A DNA stretch of 64,000 bases, taken from IMG/VR virus record IMGVR_UViG_3300043424_000514, positions 8,871-72,870 of that record. One strand, written 5' to 3'. Numbering within the stretch: position 1 is the first letter of the stretch; each line of letters begins with the position of its first letter. Shown here one piece after another: positions 62,933-64,000 of this stretch. The translations under genes were made by a program, and so were the position numbers. A model generated the notes under the pieces. The model was not told the origin of the DNA, made no database searches, and was given only the letters and a program-made list of their open reading frames with translations. Source of the DNA: a virus.

Positions 62933-63564
62933 AGGTTAGGTTCAATTTTGTCGCTTTCAACGAGAGCGAATTTGTAGGCCGATATGCTCTCCTCGGCTCG
63001 ACGACTCGCTTTCCCGAGTCGTTCGATAAATGTTTTCTCGCCGCTGACGGGGTTCATCAGGAACCAAGCTCCGACGCGGTTGTTTCTGATGACCCAGTCC
63101 AAGAATCCCCTGGGTGTCGAGTGGCCCCACACCATCTGGCCTTGGCTCCGTTCGTCGTTAAAGACGACGGTTCTCTCCCCATCGGCATAGACCATGCGGA
63201 GGTAGTCATGCACCGTGACACTGCGAGGGTCGATCGGGCTCATAGCCTCGATTTCCTCGAAGGAAGTCGGTCCCTCTTTGGTGGCTTCCTTGATGGCATC
63301 GGGGTCGAGATCGTGGCGCGGGATGTAGTGTGTGCGGTTATGCAACCCGCCCCCGCGAATTTTGCGGAGGGTGTTTTCGACTTCTCCTGGCTGGGCAGGG
63401 CGAGACATCCAGTGGTCCACCCACGCCTCGATGTCGTCATCATCCAAGCCTGCGTTCACGAGCCCGTTGATGACGAGGTAGAGCCATCGGTGGCACCCTT
63501 CGCCAGACGGAGGGCACTCCGGCAAGCACAAGTCACTTGGCTGATGTTCCTTCGGGTCGATCAT
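62635..63564 (-). CDS. RepB/AEP-type DNA primase
   Basis: FALVESD, SGNESAH, RLTRLP motifs. Confidence 0.7.
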   Translation of the reverse strand: MIDPKEHQPSDLCLPECPPSGEGCHRWLYLVINGLVNAGLDDDDIEAWVDHWMSRPAQPGEVENTLRKIRGGGLHNRTHYIPRHDLDPDAIKEATKEGPTSFEEIEAMSPIDPRSVTVHDYLRMVYADGERTVVFNDERSQGQMVWGHSTPRGFLDWVIRNNRVGAWFLMNPVSGEKTFIERLGKASRRAEESISAYKFALVESDKIEPNLWLTILKKLPLPIVSITLSGNESAHSIILINATSKEQWSERVRKLASLVVPLGACQGSLTAVRLTRLPFVERKDTGKTQTLLYLNPTPSPQPLTMQSAS

Positions 63565-63884
63565 TTTTCGGTTTCTTGAATATCCGGTCGTAGTTCTCCC
63601 GATACTTTTTCCAATCGGTGTTTGCGCGGGCCTGTGGCCCTGTGCCAGTCCTTACTTTTTTTAGTTCGATCGTTTTGCTCATAGATTTCCTGACAGACGC
63701 GGCGGATGCGCTTTTCGTTAAGCCCGAGCGCGAATGCCATCACTTCAAAGGCGTAGGAATTAAAAAACCTCATCGCGGCATCCCGCTCGGTTTTAAGTTC
63801 GAGATCGGCTCGCGCTTGCTCGATGATCGCGCATAGGACGCGCCTGGCCCCAATCGTGTCGAGGGGAGGGAAGTTATTTGACAT
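63561..63884 (-). CDS. hypothetical protein
   Basis: AIIEQARAD...AMRFF.S pattern; coupled between polymerase and primase. Confidence 0.6.
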   Translation of the reverse strand: MSNNFPPLDTIGARRVLCAIIEQARADLELKTERDAAMRFFNSYAFEVMAFALGLNEKRIRRVCQEIYEQNDRTKKSKDWHRATGPRKHRLEKVSGELRPDIQETEK

Positions 63885-63999
63885 AGCTTTTCGTGAGGTT
63901 CGCTTCGGCTCCGACGGGGAGATCGGCGCACCAGTCGGGTGCGGTTGCCATGATGGATTCGATGTCCTTGAGGGCGTCATCCGCTTTGTCCTCATCGAC
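63874..63999 (-). CDS. C-terminus of family A DNA polymerase (truncated by window edge)
   Basis: hand-translated VDEDKADDALKDIESIMATAPDWCADLPVGAEANLTKSYVK*; matches the M...P.W...LP..AE.....Y.K end of phage PolA. Confidence 0.75.
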   Translation of the reverse strand, partial: VDEDKADDALKDIESIMATAPDWCADLPVGAEANLTKSYVK

Positions 64000-64000
64000 G

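Noticed and set aside
608-63999. Stop-codon reassignment
   Set aside because: Genes pack tightly under the standard code and TAA, TAG and TGA all end plausible genes.
1-64000. Prophage or mobile element boundaries
   Set aside because: No integrase, transposase, att-like junction or host housekeeping genes are visible in this window.

Overview
The window is a contiguous piece of a tailed dsDNA phage genome, apparently short-tailed (podovirus-like): no tape measure, sheath or integrase is visible, and the host is probably Gram-negative given the lipoprotein in the lysis cassette. The plus arm (about 600-42900) carries terL, a long collagen/fibre/LRR module, a lysis cassette, portal, HNH nuclease, scaffold, major capsid, tail nozzle and adaptor, ejection proteins and a 3988-aa polyvalent protein. 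The minus arm (about 43150-64000) carries terS, a candidate histone-fold protein, a MoxR AAA+/vWA pair, an amidoligase/GATase-II pair, about 20 small early genes with a shared leader, an ori-like repeat region, helicase, primase and the C-terminus of a family A DNA polymerase. Most notable: (1) a genome-wide iterated palindrome CCCYRGGG (about 60 copies by hand, 25 of them CCCTAGGG) in a genome that seems to avoid other palindromes; (2) a WGR domain next to an ADP-ribosyltransferase cassette bounded by exact 33-bp direct repeats inside the giant virion protein; (3) a 60-aa histone-fold candidate; (4) a sulfotransferase-like/citrate-synthase-like fusion among virion genes; (5) three families of 7-5-7 inverted repeats in the early region; (6) a 298-nt primase/helicase overlap. 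All domain calls come from motif recognition by eye and need HMM or structure confirmation.
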